Part shown: positions 44,827 through 57,143 of the stretch, in pieces
Numbering within the stretch: position 1 is the first letter of the stretch
Layout of the letters: every line of letters begins with the position of its first letter
DNA from: Chrysemys picta bellii
Taxonomy: Eukaryota
Assembly: GCF_011386835.1 (NCBI RefSeq)
Contig: NC_088791.1
Span: 350,796,001 to 350,860,000 of the forward strand
Reading direction: 5' to 3'
Length of the DNA stretch: 64,000 nucleotides
Notes under the pieces: model-generated
Seen by the model: only the letters and a program-made list of their open reading frames with translations
Database searches by the model: none
What the model was told of the DNA's origin: nothing
Program-made: the position numbers and the translations under genes

Positions 44827-47692
44827 AGTGTCTCAGGAAGGCGGGCTGGTGCATTGTCCTCTCCGCATTGAGGGAGGGGCACACTGGGTTATAAACTTGC
44901 AACTGATCAAGCTTCTGACCAGGACAAGACAATACAGCTCTGGGTCCTAGGCTGGTGAGCTGGGGGAACTTTCTGGTGCCCCGCTATTGTTGGTTCATGA
45001 GTGACTGGTGAAAGTATTCTTGTAACGGCAGCTGGGTGGATTCCTGTCAGAGTATGGCTGTGTAAGTGGAAGACCTGGAGAGGATTGCAACTTCTCATAG
45101 CCTCACCATGTGATAGGGGGCTGAGATTGGTATGCCCGAGGGCTCAGAGGTACTGCACTTCCAGGTTGCACACAGGGGAAGACCGACAAACCAACACATC
45201 ACAGAGAACCTGCAAGATCTTCAGTCCATTTCCCTCTTGTGATGCACTCAGTTACTGACAGAGAGACCGTGGTTACAGGAAAAGAACTCTGGACTCCTGG
45301 ATCCTGTCGTGATTCACTGTGTGACCTTGGCCAAATCATGTCTCCCTATCCCTCAGTTTACCTATCTGTACAATGGGGATATGTTCCCATTCACTATCCT
45401 TCAATGAAACATTACTGAGGAGTATTAGTGATCTTTGATACCTTAGACAGCTCTGAGTGCCTACAGAAACTGCTCATATTTCCTCTTAATCACCTTTCTC
45501 TAGATCATTCTGTCAACAATCTACCCAGCCACTTTGGCATGTACAGGGTATCAGAACCTATGGAGACCTAAGATTCATCCCAGTTTTCTTTCTAATCAAC
45601 TATATATTGTTTCAATATACACAAATACACAGAGCAGCCAATTCCTCTCTGACTCAGCACAGAGCCCAAGTGTTCTCATCTCCCTTAGGATGACCCCTTA
45701 ATTACTGTTTAATGATAAAGCTGGATAAACAGCACAGATGTGCAGAGAGGCTTGTGTCCAGCCTGTTAACATCCAGATTCCTCTTCTCCCCTAGATGCTG
45801 AGTGAACCCCACTGGGATTGCACAGAGCTATAATATAACCAGTGCACATCCCGTTGTGCAATGTTGCTGCAGATGCTGGAGTGAGAGAGATGTGGGACAC
45901 GACTATCTGAGGGGGATTCCCAGGGAAGACACATCTGTCTCAGAATTCACAGCTACCCATCTCTTGCTGAGGAGCTCACCTGCTCGACAAATGCACTGCA
46001 ACTTGGGTATGATGACAGAGAGTGTAAGTTTGTGGTCCTTTCCACTCTGCACAGCCATTAAACATACCTGGGCCCTTGCCACAGGACATGAGCTTGCTCC
46101 AATATCATGGGCCAGAATGTCCCTCTTTGCTGTGTGCCCATGGCTGATCGCCTCCGGCCCAAATCTGGCTGCATTTCAGTGGCACAGGGGATCCTTCAGG
46201 ATGAAAGGTATTAATGGATGTGTGATACAAGGCCAAATTCTGAGGCTGTAGCCTGTAGTTTGCTCAGGTGCCACTGAATCAGAACGCCCCTTGGAGTAAG
46301 AACTGAGTAAAGACCTCAGGAGCCAACAGTGTGTTAATGCACAGACACTATCCTCTTATTAAATTTCAGGGCTCTGGTAGTTAAAAGGTGCTTGGGGTGG
46401 GGTGTGTGGGGGAAGTGTTACCTGACTTTTTATCTGCTGGAAAGCATGGAGGTGCTTGGGCTCTTCACTGGAACAAGTATAAGAATTTTTCAACATAGGC
46501 AAAACATCTTCTCTTCTAACTTAATTCAAGAAGTTGGCTGTATTGTTCTGCTTGAATATTTAAAAAAAAACAATTCAGCCACATGCAGACATCCAGCATG
46601 GGAAATTTCAGTCCAACTGATTAGAATTGGCAAACTTATAAGGAATAGAAATGAGGTCTCCTAAATGAAGGTGTCAGACAGCCTTAACTAAAGTTGGTGC
46701 CATCAGCACGACCCCCAATGTCCAATCCATTTGTGAATCCCATCCAGCTAAGCTCTTCTTTCCAATAATGATGGTGGCAAGGAGTTCCACAGGCTAAATA
46801 TGGATTATGTAAACAATTTCCTTTTCTCAATGTTATATGTTCAGACTTTCAATGTAATCCCATGTTTCCTTGTTTGTGTTGTATGATACACAGTAAATAT
46901 GAATGCCTGATTGACTTTCTTCATTGATATATTCTTAGGGTTTAAGGTCAGAAGAGACTATAAGAACATCCAGTCTGACCTCCTGTATAACACAGGCCAT
47001 TACATTTCACCCAGTTGCCCCTGTATTGAGCTCCACGTCTTGTGTTTGACTAAGACCTGGTCTACACTAGGATTTTACATTATGAACTCTTAGAGCCATA
47101 GGGTTTGAAGGGACCGCAATGGTCATCTAATATGACCCCTGCCAGGATGCAGAATTTGTTGTATCTTAGTCAATGCCAGACAGTTATCCACCTCCTTTGG
47201 AAAACCTCCAGCGAAGGAGATTGAATGACCTTCCCAGGCATCTGTTCCTTTGTCCTACTGTTCTTATGTTAGGAAGTTCTTCCTTAGATTTCATCTAAAT
47301 CTTCTATGCTGTAGTTTAAACCCATTGCCTCTTGTCCTTTCCTTTGCAACAAGAGCGAATAACTTTCCTCCACATTTTTATGAAGCCTTTCAAATTTTGA
47401 ACACTGCTATCGTGTCCTCTCCCAATCTACTCTTTTAGAAACTAAACATATCCGGTTTCTTCAGCTTGCTCATATGGCTTGTACTCCCTCCCTTTCATCA
47501 TCTTTGTCACTTGCCTCTGGATCCTGTACAGTTATTCTGCATCCTTTGTATACAGCAGTGACCAAAACTGGGCACATTACTTCAGATGAGGATCAACGAG
47601 CAGAGTGGTAAAATCACCTCTCGTGACTTCCATGCTATGCCTCTGATAATGCAACTTAACATTCAATTCTCATTTTTTGAAACAGCAAAAAA

Positions 47693-47905
47693 AATCCACA
47701 CCCCTGAGAGATGTAGCTATATCAAACTAACCCCAGTGTAGACAGCATGAGGTCAATAGAAGAATTCTTCCACCTACCTAGCTACCACCTCTCAGGCAGG
47801 TGGATCACCTATGCTGATGGGAGAACCCCTGCCATCAATGTAAGTAGTGTCTACAATGAAGTGCTACAGCAGCACCACTGTAGTGCTTTCAGTGTGGAGA
47901 AGCCC
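47693..47905. mobile_element. Harbinger-like MITE shared by B2 and B3 (paralog 60481-60693), absent from B1
   Basis: The right end is AGTGTGGAGAAGCCC followed by TAA. The body contains cagtgtagacagc and gtagtgtctaca motifs. Confidence 0.55.
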
Positions 47906-48940
47906 TAAAGCAGATTTTCCAGAAAAGCATTCAGGCTGCATCTGTAGACGATGGGGAGTTGGAGAATCCACCACTTCCATTTGCAGTGTGTTCCAAGAAT
48001 TAATCATCTTCAGTGCTAAACCTTTGGCCCTTATTTCCAGCTGGAGTTTGTCTGGCTTCAGCTTCGAGCCATTGGGTCTTGCTCTTCCTTTCTCTGCTAG
48101 ATTTCAGAGCCCCTTAGTACACAGGGCTTTCTCCCTTCTCCAAATCATTGATGAAAATATTGAATAACATCAGGCCTAAAACTGATCCCTGCAGAACACC
48201 ACAAGAAACCTCTCCATTCACTGACAATGACCCACTGCTAACTGCCTTTTGAGATACATTGATTATGCAGTTTTTAGTCCATTTAACATGTACTTCACTG
48301 CCATTGCATTGTGTTCAGTTTTTATCTGCACGTTTTCCCTACTAAATCAAATGCCTCAGAGGAATCAAAGTCTATTGTATCTGCATCATTCCATTGATCA
48401 ACCAAACATGTACTCTCATTAAAGGATGAAATCAGATTTATTTGAGAAAACCTGTTTTCCATAAACCATGCTGTTGTCTGGCATTAATTATATTCCTCAA
48501 CATTTTTTTTGACTAATCCCATACCAGGATTTTTTCCCCATTTTTCCTCACCCTGTCAAATATTTTAAATAAACTGTCCCTTTATTTTGTTATAGTTTAC
48601 ATTTAATACAGAGCTGTCCTCTATTTACCTTTCTTTTCTTTTTTTTTTTTGCTTTGGTGCTGCATCATTTCATACATCCAGTTCTGAATGAGGTGTGTGG
48701 TTGATCTGAGAGTTTGTAACTCATGTTCATAATTCGAATGTACTACTGTAGATGATGTTTAAAATCCTCCTTGACTGCTAATGCACTGGAAAGTATTTCA
48801 TCACATCAGGTGATAGGAGCACTTGATACTGCTTCAGAAAAAAATATTTCTTGAACACATCTACTTTTACTGCAAAATTAACAAGTGTCCTTTCTCTTTT
48901 TTACATGTTGCTTTCCTCCCCTTAATTACTGTCTGTATTT

Positions 48941-49807
48941 TTCAGAGTGGTAGCCATGTTAGTCTGTATCAGCAAAAAAGAACAGGAGTACTTGTGGCAC
49001 CTTTGAGAATAACAAATTTCTTTGGGCATAATCTTTTGTGGGCTAAAGCCCCCTTCATCAGTTGCATTCAGTGGAAAATACAGGAGGAAGATATATATAT
49101 ATATATATATACACAGAGAACATGAAAAAAATGGGGGTTGCCCAACTCTAATGAGACTAATCGATTAAGGTGGGTTATTATCAGCAGGAGAAAAAAAAAC
49201 TTTTGTAATGATAATCAGGATGGCCCATTTCCAACAGTTGACAAGAAGGTGTGAGTAACAGTAGGGGGGAAATTAGCATTGGGAAATAGTTTTTAGTTTG
49301 TGTAATGACTCATCCACTCCCAGTCTTTATTCAAGCCTAATTTAATGGGGTCCATTTTGCAAATTAATTCCAGTTCTGCAGTTTCTCGTTGGAGTCTGCT
49401 TTTTTAAGATTTTTTGTTGAAGAATTGTCACATTTAAGTCTGTAATCGAGTGGCCAGGGAGGTTGAAGTGTTCTCCAACAGGTTTTTGAATGTTATAATT
49501 CTTGACGTCTGATTTGTGTCCATTTATTCTTTTGCGTAGAGACTGTCTGGTTTGGCCAATGTGATATATGCCATCATGTGCCAGCAATGCCCCTCTGGCA
49601 GATGATGGCATATATCACATTGGTAGATGTGCAGGTGAACGAGCCTCTGATAGTGTGGCTGATGTGAATAGGTCCTATGGTGGTGTCCCCTGAATAGATA
49701 TGTGGACAAAATTGGCAACGGGCTTTGTTGCAAGGATAGGTTCCTGGGTTAGTGTTTTATTGTGTGGTGTGTGGTTGCTGGTGAGTATTTGCTTCAGGTT
49801 GGGGGGC
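48941..49807 (-). mobile_element. 5'-truncated Penelope-like element (GIY-YIG remnant plus pLTR with a degenerate hammerhead at 49026-49066), B2-specific
   Basis: Minus ORFs contain IGQTRQSLRKRINGHKSD..PVGEHFNLPGH. The pLTR is homologous to 8204 and 41180. Confidence 0.9.
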
Positions 49808-49975
49808 ATGTAGTTGTGCATGTAGTGTCTCATATTAACATTGTCTCTCCATCTAGGCATTTGTACTGCGACCATTGCCCTAGACCCTGGGCACCTACAG
49901 GAAAGCAGGGGAACGTATGGTATATGCAGGAGATACTGTTCTACCTCAGAGCTGGATACCTTCTCCCCCTACTCC

Positions 49976-50935
49976 ATGTCAAATTCCAACACAACCGACT
50001 TCACCAACCCCTCCACCTTCATCCTGCTGGGCATTCCTGGCCTGGAGGCGGCCCAGATCTGGATCTCCATCCCCTTCTGCATCATGTACGTCATAGCTGT
50101 CTTAGGGAACTTCATCATCCTGTTCATCGTGAAGACGGAGCCGAGCCTCCATGGACCCATGTACTATTTCCTCTGCATGCTGGCTGTCACTGACCTCGTG
50201 CTGTGCACGTGCACAATTCCCAAAATGCTGAGCATCTTCTGGTTCAATTCCAGGGAGATAGATTTCACTGCCTGCCTCACCCAGATGTTCTTCATTCATT
50301 CCTTCTTTGCAATGGAGTCTGGGATCATCGTGGCCATGGCTTTTGATCGCTACGTGGCCATCTGTGATCCACTGAGACATTCCACCACCCTGACAAACCA
50401 CGTGGTGGCCAAGATCAGTCTGTCCATGGCACTGCGTGGTGCCATGCTCGCACTGCCCTGTCCCTTGCTCGCAAGACAGTGGCCATATTGCAGAACCAAC
50501 ATCATCCCCCACACATGCTGCGAGCATATGGCCGTGGTGAATCTGGCCTGCGCTGACATCCGCATCAGTAGTTACTACGGCCTCACTGTGGCAAACTTGG
50601 TCATCTGTCTAGATATGTTTTTTATCACCGTGTCCTATACCCAGATCCTCAGGGCCATCTTCAGTCTCCCCACAAAGGACGCCCGGCTCAAGACTTTTGG
50701 GACCTGCGGCTCCCACCTCTGTGCCATTTTAGCCTTTTACATCCCAGCACTCTTCTCTATGTTCACTTATCGGTTTGGCCACCATGTGGCCCTGCATTTC
50801 CACATTCTCTTTGCTAATGTGTGCCTCCTGGTGCCCCCCATGCTAAACCCCATCATTTTCGGTGTGAGGACCAAACAGATCCGGGTCAGGCTGCTCCAGC
50901 TCTTTACTCATAAGGGGCCTAATGTTTTCTTATAG
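49976..50935 (+). CDS. Class I olfactory receptor, family 52-like, intact, 319 aa (copy B2)
   Basis: ATG at 49976 (the track start 49841 is a TTG in the putative intron). It has the same motifs as 21987. A 1-bp loss just before the paralogous stop gives the C-terminus KGPNVFL instead of KGT. Confidence 0.94.
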   Translation: MSNSNTTDFTNPSTFILLGIPGLEAAQIWISIPFCIMYVIAVLGNFIILFIVKTEPSLHGPMYYFLCMLAVTDLVLCTCTIPKMLSIFWFNSREIDFTACLTQMFFIHSFFAMESGIIVAMAFDRYVAICDPLRHSTTLTNHVVAKISLSMALRGAMLALPCPLLARQWPYCRTNIIPHTCCEHMAVVNLACADIRISSYYGLTVANLVICLDMFFITVSYTQILRAIFSLPTKDARLKTFGTCGSHLCAILAFYIPALFSMFTYRFGHHVALHFHILFANVCLLVPPMLNPIIFGVRTKQIRVRLLQLFTHKGPNVFL

Positions 50936-51482
50936 TGCTCTTGCCTTCAGACCAAGCTCTGTGCACTGCTGGCTTGTGACCTGGTGCTGGGCCCTGTTCC
51001 CTGGATCACATACTGGACAGTCAGAGAGACATTAAACCCTTTTTTGACCTTACTGTGCTGTCTTAGCATGACAAACTGGGGAATTGTTCTGCGTACAACT
51101 CACTGAGTTGACAGCTTTCAAATTGCTGGTAACTTGACCCCAAGGCCCCACCCCTTGCCCCACCTCTTCCACCAAGGCCCTATCCCTGCTCTGCCTCTTC
51201 CCCCCCAAAGGCCATGCCCCTGTCACTTGCTCCTCCTGTCCCCTTATCACTCACTGCATCATCTCCATGTCCTTCCCCCCAGCTGCAAGGGAGCCATTTC
51301 AGATTTTGGTAAGGGTGACAACTTTAACCATGATTCAAGGGGCTACTTAGACACTCAAAACTCTAATTTTTGGGGCAGATTATTTAGCAAATAGCTGACA
51401 GGAGCACTGTAATCTAATTCCTATATAAAAGAAAGAAAAATAAATAAATATTAGACCGACTCATCTTATACTTATGTTACAA

Positions 51483-51693
51483 CTACACTACCTGCCGATC
51501 GGCTGGTAGTGATTGATCAGTGGGATGTAGACGCAATAAATCGATCCCCGATCGCTCTGCTGTCGATTCCTGTGCTCCACCATGGCAAGAGGTGGAAGCA
51601 GAGTCGACAGGGGAGTGGCGGCAGTCGACCCCGTATCATTAGGACTTGAGGTAAATCGACCTAAGATATGTCAACTTCAGCTACGCTATTCTC
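51483..51693. mobile_element. Truncated Harbinger-like MITE (same family as 30964-31234)
   Basis: ctacactacctgccgatcggctggtagtgattgatc...gcaagaggtggaagc...gtcgac, colinear with the 30975 copy. Confidence 0.6.
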
Positions 51694-52062
51694 CGTCTCA
51701 CTGTGAACAGGAGCAGCAATGGGACTGTGATAGCAAACCTCGAACTGCTACCCAGATGCTTGGGGACTGTGAGGGGAAGGGGAATGTGGCTGGGCAGGGA
51801 GGTGTCCACAAGATGTTCTCTTCACCCAAATGTGACTCATTCACCCCTGACCTCTGTGTTTCCCCGAGTGCTCAAGTTCCTGGAATGACCCAGCTGGGGT
51901 GTCCTGAACCAGGCAGTGCCAGTTTGGGGTCAGGGAGGAGATTTGTCTCTCCCTTGGAAAGTGCTCCCCAGAATTGCAGAGGCAAGATGACCCTGTTCTA
52001 CTGGGTTTCGTCCCATCTCTCTGCCCACATACGTGAACATAGAACCACCCCCCATTAAGCAC

Positions 52063-52815
52063 ATTCTCTCCTATTTGTCCACATCCTTTTTGTGGTGGGG
52101 GGGCCCAAAACTGGGTACAATAATCCAGATTTGGCCTCACCGGTGCTGAATAGCAGGGGAATAGCACTTCCCTCGATCTGCTGGCAATGCTCCTACTAAT
52201 GAAGCCCAATATTCCGTTAAAGCGTTCTTGGCAACAAGGACACACTGTTGAATCATATCCAGGTTCTCATTCACTAGTTGGGGATTGGTCCTGCTTTGAG
52301 CAGGGAGTTGGACTAGATGACCTCCTGAGGTCCCTTCCAATCCTGATATTCTATGATTCTATTATTGTAATCCGCAGGTCCTTTTCTGCTGAACTGCTGC
52401 TTAACCAGTCAGTCCCCAGCCTGTAGCAGTGCATGGGATTCTTTCATCCTAAGTGCAGGACTCTGCACTTGTCCTTGTTGAACCTCATCAGATTTTTTTG
52501 GGCCCACTCCTTCAATTTGTCTATGTCTCTCTGGACCATATCCCTACCGTCCAGCATATCTAGTTCATCCACCAGCTTAGTGTCATCTGAGAACTTGCTG
52601 AGAGTGCAATCCATCCCATCATCCAGGTCATTAATGAAGATGTTGAACAAAATCAGCTGTAGGACTGACCCTTGGGGCACTCCGTTTGATACCGGCTGCC
52701 AACAAGACATCAAGCCATTGATCACTACCCATTGAGCCTGATGATCTAGCCAGCTTTCTATCCATCTTAAAGTCCATTCGTCTGATCCGTACTTCTTTAA
52801 CATGCTGGCAAGGTC
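52063..52815 (-). mobile_element. CR1 RT fragment with an embedded plus-strand CR1/SINE 3' tail (about 52277-52360)
   Basis: Minus ORF 52444-52956 reads [30 protein letters not shown]. The plus-strand insert ends attctatgattctat. Confidence 0.82.
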
Positions 52816-53118
52816 TGTTGATCCAGTATGTGTGTGAGGCTGAGGTCTGACAAACCGAAAGTGCAGGTGACATTTTCTGAACAAGTAAAGTGAGAGGGAC
52901 TTTTTCAGGGGGTCACATATTGCGCATGTGTTGGATGGTAGGGGAAACATTCTCATTTTCCTTCACTCTGTACCTCAGCTTGCTTTTCTCTTGTGGTACA
53001 GGTCAGAATGTAGTCTTTTTCATGGATCTATATCTTATATAAAAATTTTATGGATCTACATCTTATATAAACATACAAAATTTGATCTCAGAGAGCTCTA
53101 GTTCTATAGATATATTGT

Positions 53119-53795
53119 TGTGACACTCTGTACCCCAAAGCAACACCCTTGCACACCCATATTCACCATTGCTATATAGTTGCAACAAATCTTATATGTC
53201 ATCTTATATGTTATACAAAATATGTCATGTCAGTTGTCAGTGGAAAAGTTGTGGTTTCCTGAATATGACTACCTTATTTGTATGCCATTCGTGTGTCATT
53301 TTTGTATAACACTCCTGGAGCAAACTAAGCGGGGAGACATGACACTCTGTGCACCAAACCAACACCTTGGCATCACAATATTTACCATTATGAAATGTTT
53401 ATGATATAATTTATACAAAGTATGTCATGTAACATATCACTGGGAAAATTATGGTTTGCTGAATAGCATTACCCTATTTCTGTGCATGTATCATTTTTGC
53501 ACCTAAAGTTATGAAAGAATGCAAGGCGATATGACCCACTTGGATCGAACTGGGGATGTGGTCCCAGGCTGAAGGGATGTCTAGCCTTTGCATGGAAGAT
53601 TAGTTGATATTATCAGGGTGAGACACAGCTTGATTCAAACCCTCTCTGGTTTATAGAACTTAGGTTGTGATTTTGTTTACTTCTCAGATAACCAATTTTT
53701 TTCTCTATGTTATTACTTCCAATCACTTAATAAATCTGCTTTATATATTGTTTTTACCTAAAACAGTGAGTTATTTGAAATTAAAAGGGAATTAA
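53119..53795 (+). mobile_element. Two successive LTR 5' portions (starts at 53119 and about 53338) at the B2/B3 junction
   Basis: tgtgacactctgtaccccaaagcaacacc and catgacactctgtgcaccaaaccaacacc. The second continues to 53795 and resumes at 56704 after the CR1. Confidence 0.65.
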
Positions 53796-53798
53796 AAC

Positions 53799-56703
53799 CA
53801 TAGAATCATAGGACTGGAAGAGACCTTGAGGGTGTGTGTCCAATCTGCTCCTAAAAATATCCAATGATAGAGATTCCACAACCTCCCATGGCAATTAATT
53901 ACAGTGCCTAGCCACCCTGGCAGTTTGGAAGTTTTTCCTAAGGTCCAATCTAAACCTCCCTTTAAGCCCATTGCTTCTTGTCCTCTCCTCAGAGGTTAAG
54001 GAGAATAATTTTTCTCCCTCCTTCTCGTAACAGCATTTTAGGTACTTGAAAACTGTTATCATGTCCCCACTCAGTCTTCTCTTCTCCAGACTAAACAAAC
54101 CCAGTTCTTTCAATCTTCCCTCATAGGTCATGTTTTCTAAACCTTTAATCATTTTTGTTGCTCTTCTCTGGAATTTCTCCAATTTGTTCACATCGTTCCT
54201 GAAATGTGGTGCCCAGAACTGGATACAATATTTCATTTGAGACCTAAACAGTGAGGAAAAGAGTGGAACAATTACTTCTCGTGTCTTGCTTACAACACTG
54301 CTGCTAATACATCCCAGAATGATGTTTGTTTTTTTTGCAACAGTGTTACACTGTTGACTCATATTTAGCTTATAGTCCACTATGACCCCTAGATCCTTTC
54401 TGCAGTACTCCTTCCTAGGCAGTCATTTCCCATTTTGTATGTGTGCAACTAATTGCTCCTTCCTAAGTGGAGCACTTTGCATTTGTCTTTATTGAATTTC
54501 ATCTTATTTACTTCAGACGATTTATCTAGTTTGTCCCGATTGTTTTGAATTTTCATCCTATCCTCCAAAGCACTTGCAACCCCTCTCAGCTTGGTATCAT
54601 CCACAAACATTTTAAGTGTATTCTCTATGGCATAAGCTAAATCGTTGATGAAGATACGGAACAGAACCAGACCCAGAACTCATCCCTGCGAAACCCCACT
54701 AGTTATGCCCTTTCAGCATGACTGTGAACCATGGATAAATACTCTCTGGGAACAGTTATCCAACCAGTTATGCACCCATCTTATAGTAGATCAATCTAGG
54801 TTTTATTTTCCTAGTTTGATAATGAGAAGGTCATGCAAGATGGTATAAAAAGCCTGACTAAAGACTAGATATACCACATCTACCACTTCCCCCATCCAAA
54901 AGACTTGTTACCCTGTCCAAGAAAGCTATCAGGTTGGTTGGACATGATTTGTTCTTGACAAATCCATGCCAACTATATTATTATCTTCTAGATGTTTGCA
55001 AATGGTTTCCTTAATTACTTGCTTCATTGTCTTTCCATGTACAGAAGTTAAGCTGACTGGTCTGTAATTCCCTGGATTGCCCTTATTTCCCTTTTTATAG
55101 ATAGGCACTATATGTGCACTTTCCTAGTCTTCTGGAATCTCTCCCATATTCCGTGACATTTCAAAGATAATAATTAATGGTTCGGATATCTCCTCAGTCA
55201 GCTCCTTGAGTCTTACCATTCCATCAGGCCCTGATGACTTGTATTTTCCCTATTTTAGCCTCTGATCCTACCTCATTTTCACTGGCATTAACTATGTTAG
55301 GTGAACAATTGCCACCAACCTTCTTGGTGAAAAGCGAAACAAAGAAGTCATTAAGCACTTCTGTCATTTCCACATTTTCTGTTATTGCTTTTCCCTCTTC
55401 ATTGAGTAATGGGCCTACCTTGTCCTTGGTCTTCCACTTGCTTCTATTGTATTTGTAGAATGTTTTCTTGTTACCCTTTATGTCTCTAGCTAGTTTAATC
55501 TCGCTTTGTGCCTTGACCTTTCTAATTTTGCCCCTGCATACTTATGTTATTTGTTTATATTCATCCTTTGTAATTTGATCTAATTTCCACTTTTTGTAGG
55601 ACTCTTTTATGACTTTTAGGTATTAAAGATGATACAAGATAAGCCAGGGTGGTCTTCCCATACTTCCTATCTTTCCTACTCAGTGGAATAGTTTGCTCTT
55701 GTGCCATGGATATCAAGAAGGCAGACTTTAACAAACTGAGAGAATTCGAAGGTAAGATCCCATGGGAAGCAAGTCTAAGAGGAAAAACAATTGAAGATGA
55801 TTTTAGTTTGCTGTTTTCCCTCTTACCATTCCTTAGAATCATGAACTCTCTCATTTAATGATCACTATCACCCAAGCTGCTTCCATTTTCCTTCCTATTT
55901 CTCAAAATCAAATCTAGAACAGCCTCTCCCCTAGCAGCTTTCTCCACCTTCTGGAATGAAAAAAAAATGTCTCCAATACATTCCAAGAACTTGTCAAATA
56001 ATCTGTACCCTGTTGTGTTATTTTCCCAGCAGATGTCTGGGTAGTTGAACTGCCCCATCACCATCAAATTCTGTGCTTTTTTGTTTGTTGTTTAAAAAAA
56101 GTCTCATCCACCTCCTCTTCTTGGTTAGGTGGTCTGTAGTAGACACCCTTGTTTTTTACCTCTTTTATCCTTACCAGGGACTCTCTCCTATTTCCATCTC
56201 AACCTCAGACCAAATGTATACATTTTTATATATAAGGCAACACCACCTCCCTTTTTTCCCAGCCTCTTCTTCCTGCACTATGTATGCCCTTCTATACCAA
56301 TATTCCAGTCATGTGTCTTATCCCACCAAGTCTCTGTGATGCCAACTATGTTATAGTTGTGTTCATTTACTAGCATTATGAATTCTTCCTGCTTATTCCC
56401 CATACTTGCATTAGTATACAGACTTTGAAGATACTGATTTGATTTTCACCACCCAGTTCTGTCTTGCCCTCTTTGATCCCTGGAATTACAGCCCATGCTC
56501 CCCCTCCCCTATTTCTGACCCTTCTCCCAGGCCTCCATGTTTTGGACTTACCTCTGTGCTTTGGTCACCTGCCCTCTTCTAAATAGGTTAGCCTGTCTGT
56601 ATCCAAATATGCTATTCCCCTTCCTGGATAGGTGGACCACATCTCTGCTTAGCAGTCCTTCCTCCTGGAACAGCATCCCACGGTCACGAAAGCCAAAGCC
56701 CTC
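53799..56703 (-). mobile_element. CR1 (unit B3 copy) inserted within an LTR
   Basis: Reverse tail catagaatcatag at 53799. Colinear with 9911-12953. The two flanks match adjacent parts of the 27918-29537 LTR. Confidence 0.9.
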
Positions 56704-57143
56704 AGGAAGAGGGGCTGGTGCATTGTACTCTCCACATTGAGAGCAGGGCATACTGGGTTAGAAATTTACACTGGTCAAGCTTCTGACCAGGAAAAGATGA
56801 CACAGCTCTGGGTCCTAGGCTGTGGATTTGGGTAGGTGGGTGGGTGGGTGGGGGGGGAACTGGCTGGAGCCCCACTATTGCTGGTTCATGAGTGACTTGT
56901 GAAAGTATTCATGTAACTGTCTGTGTATGGCTGTGTAAGTTGAAAACCTGGAGAGGATTGCAGCTTGTCATAGCCACACCATGTGATAGGGGGCTGAGAT
57001 TGGTATGCCTGAGGGCTCAGAGGTACTGCACTTCCAGGTTGTACAGAGAGGAAGTCCATCAAACCAACACAACACAGAGGTTTTCCTATATCTAAGTCTA
57101 TTTCCTTGTCATATACTCAGTTACTGACAGAAAGACCGTGGTT

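Larger units (their letters stand above)
42756..51470 (+). repeat. Segmental duplication unit B2
   Basis: Same module order as B1 and B3. Confidence 0.88.

Noticed and set aside
49091-49110. (AT)n run; also (CT)n at about 26610, poly-C at about 2740 and 41885, and poly-T at about 48630
   Set aside because: Ordinary microsatellites and homopolymers.
49841-49975. 45-aa N-terminal extension of OR52-B2 in the ORF track (also the 8-aa extensions at 21963 and 62464)
   Set aside because: These start at TTG, not ATG. The long one crosses the predicted splice acceptor and is not open in the paralogs.
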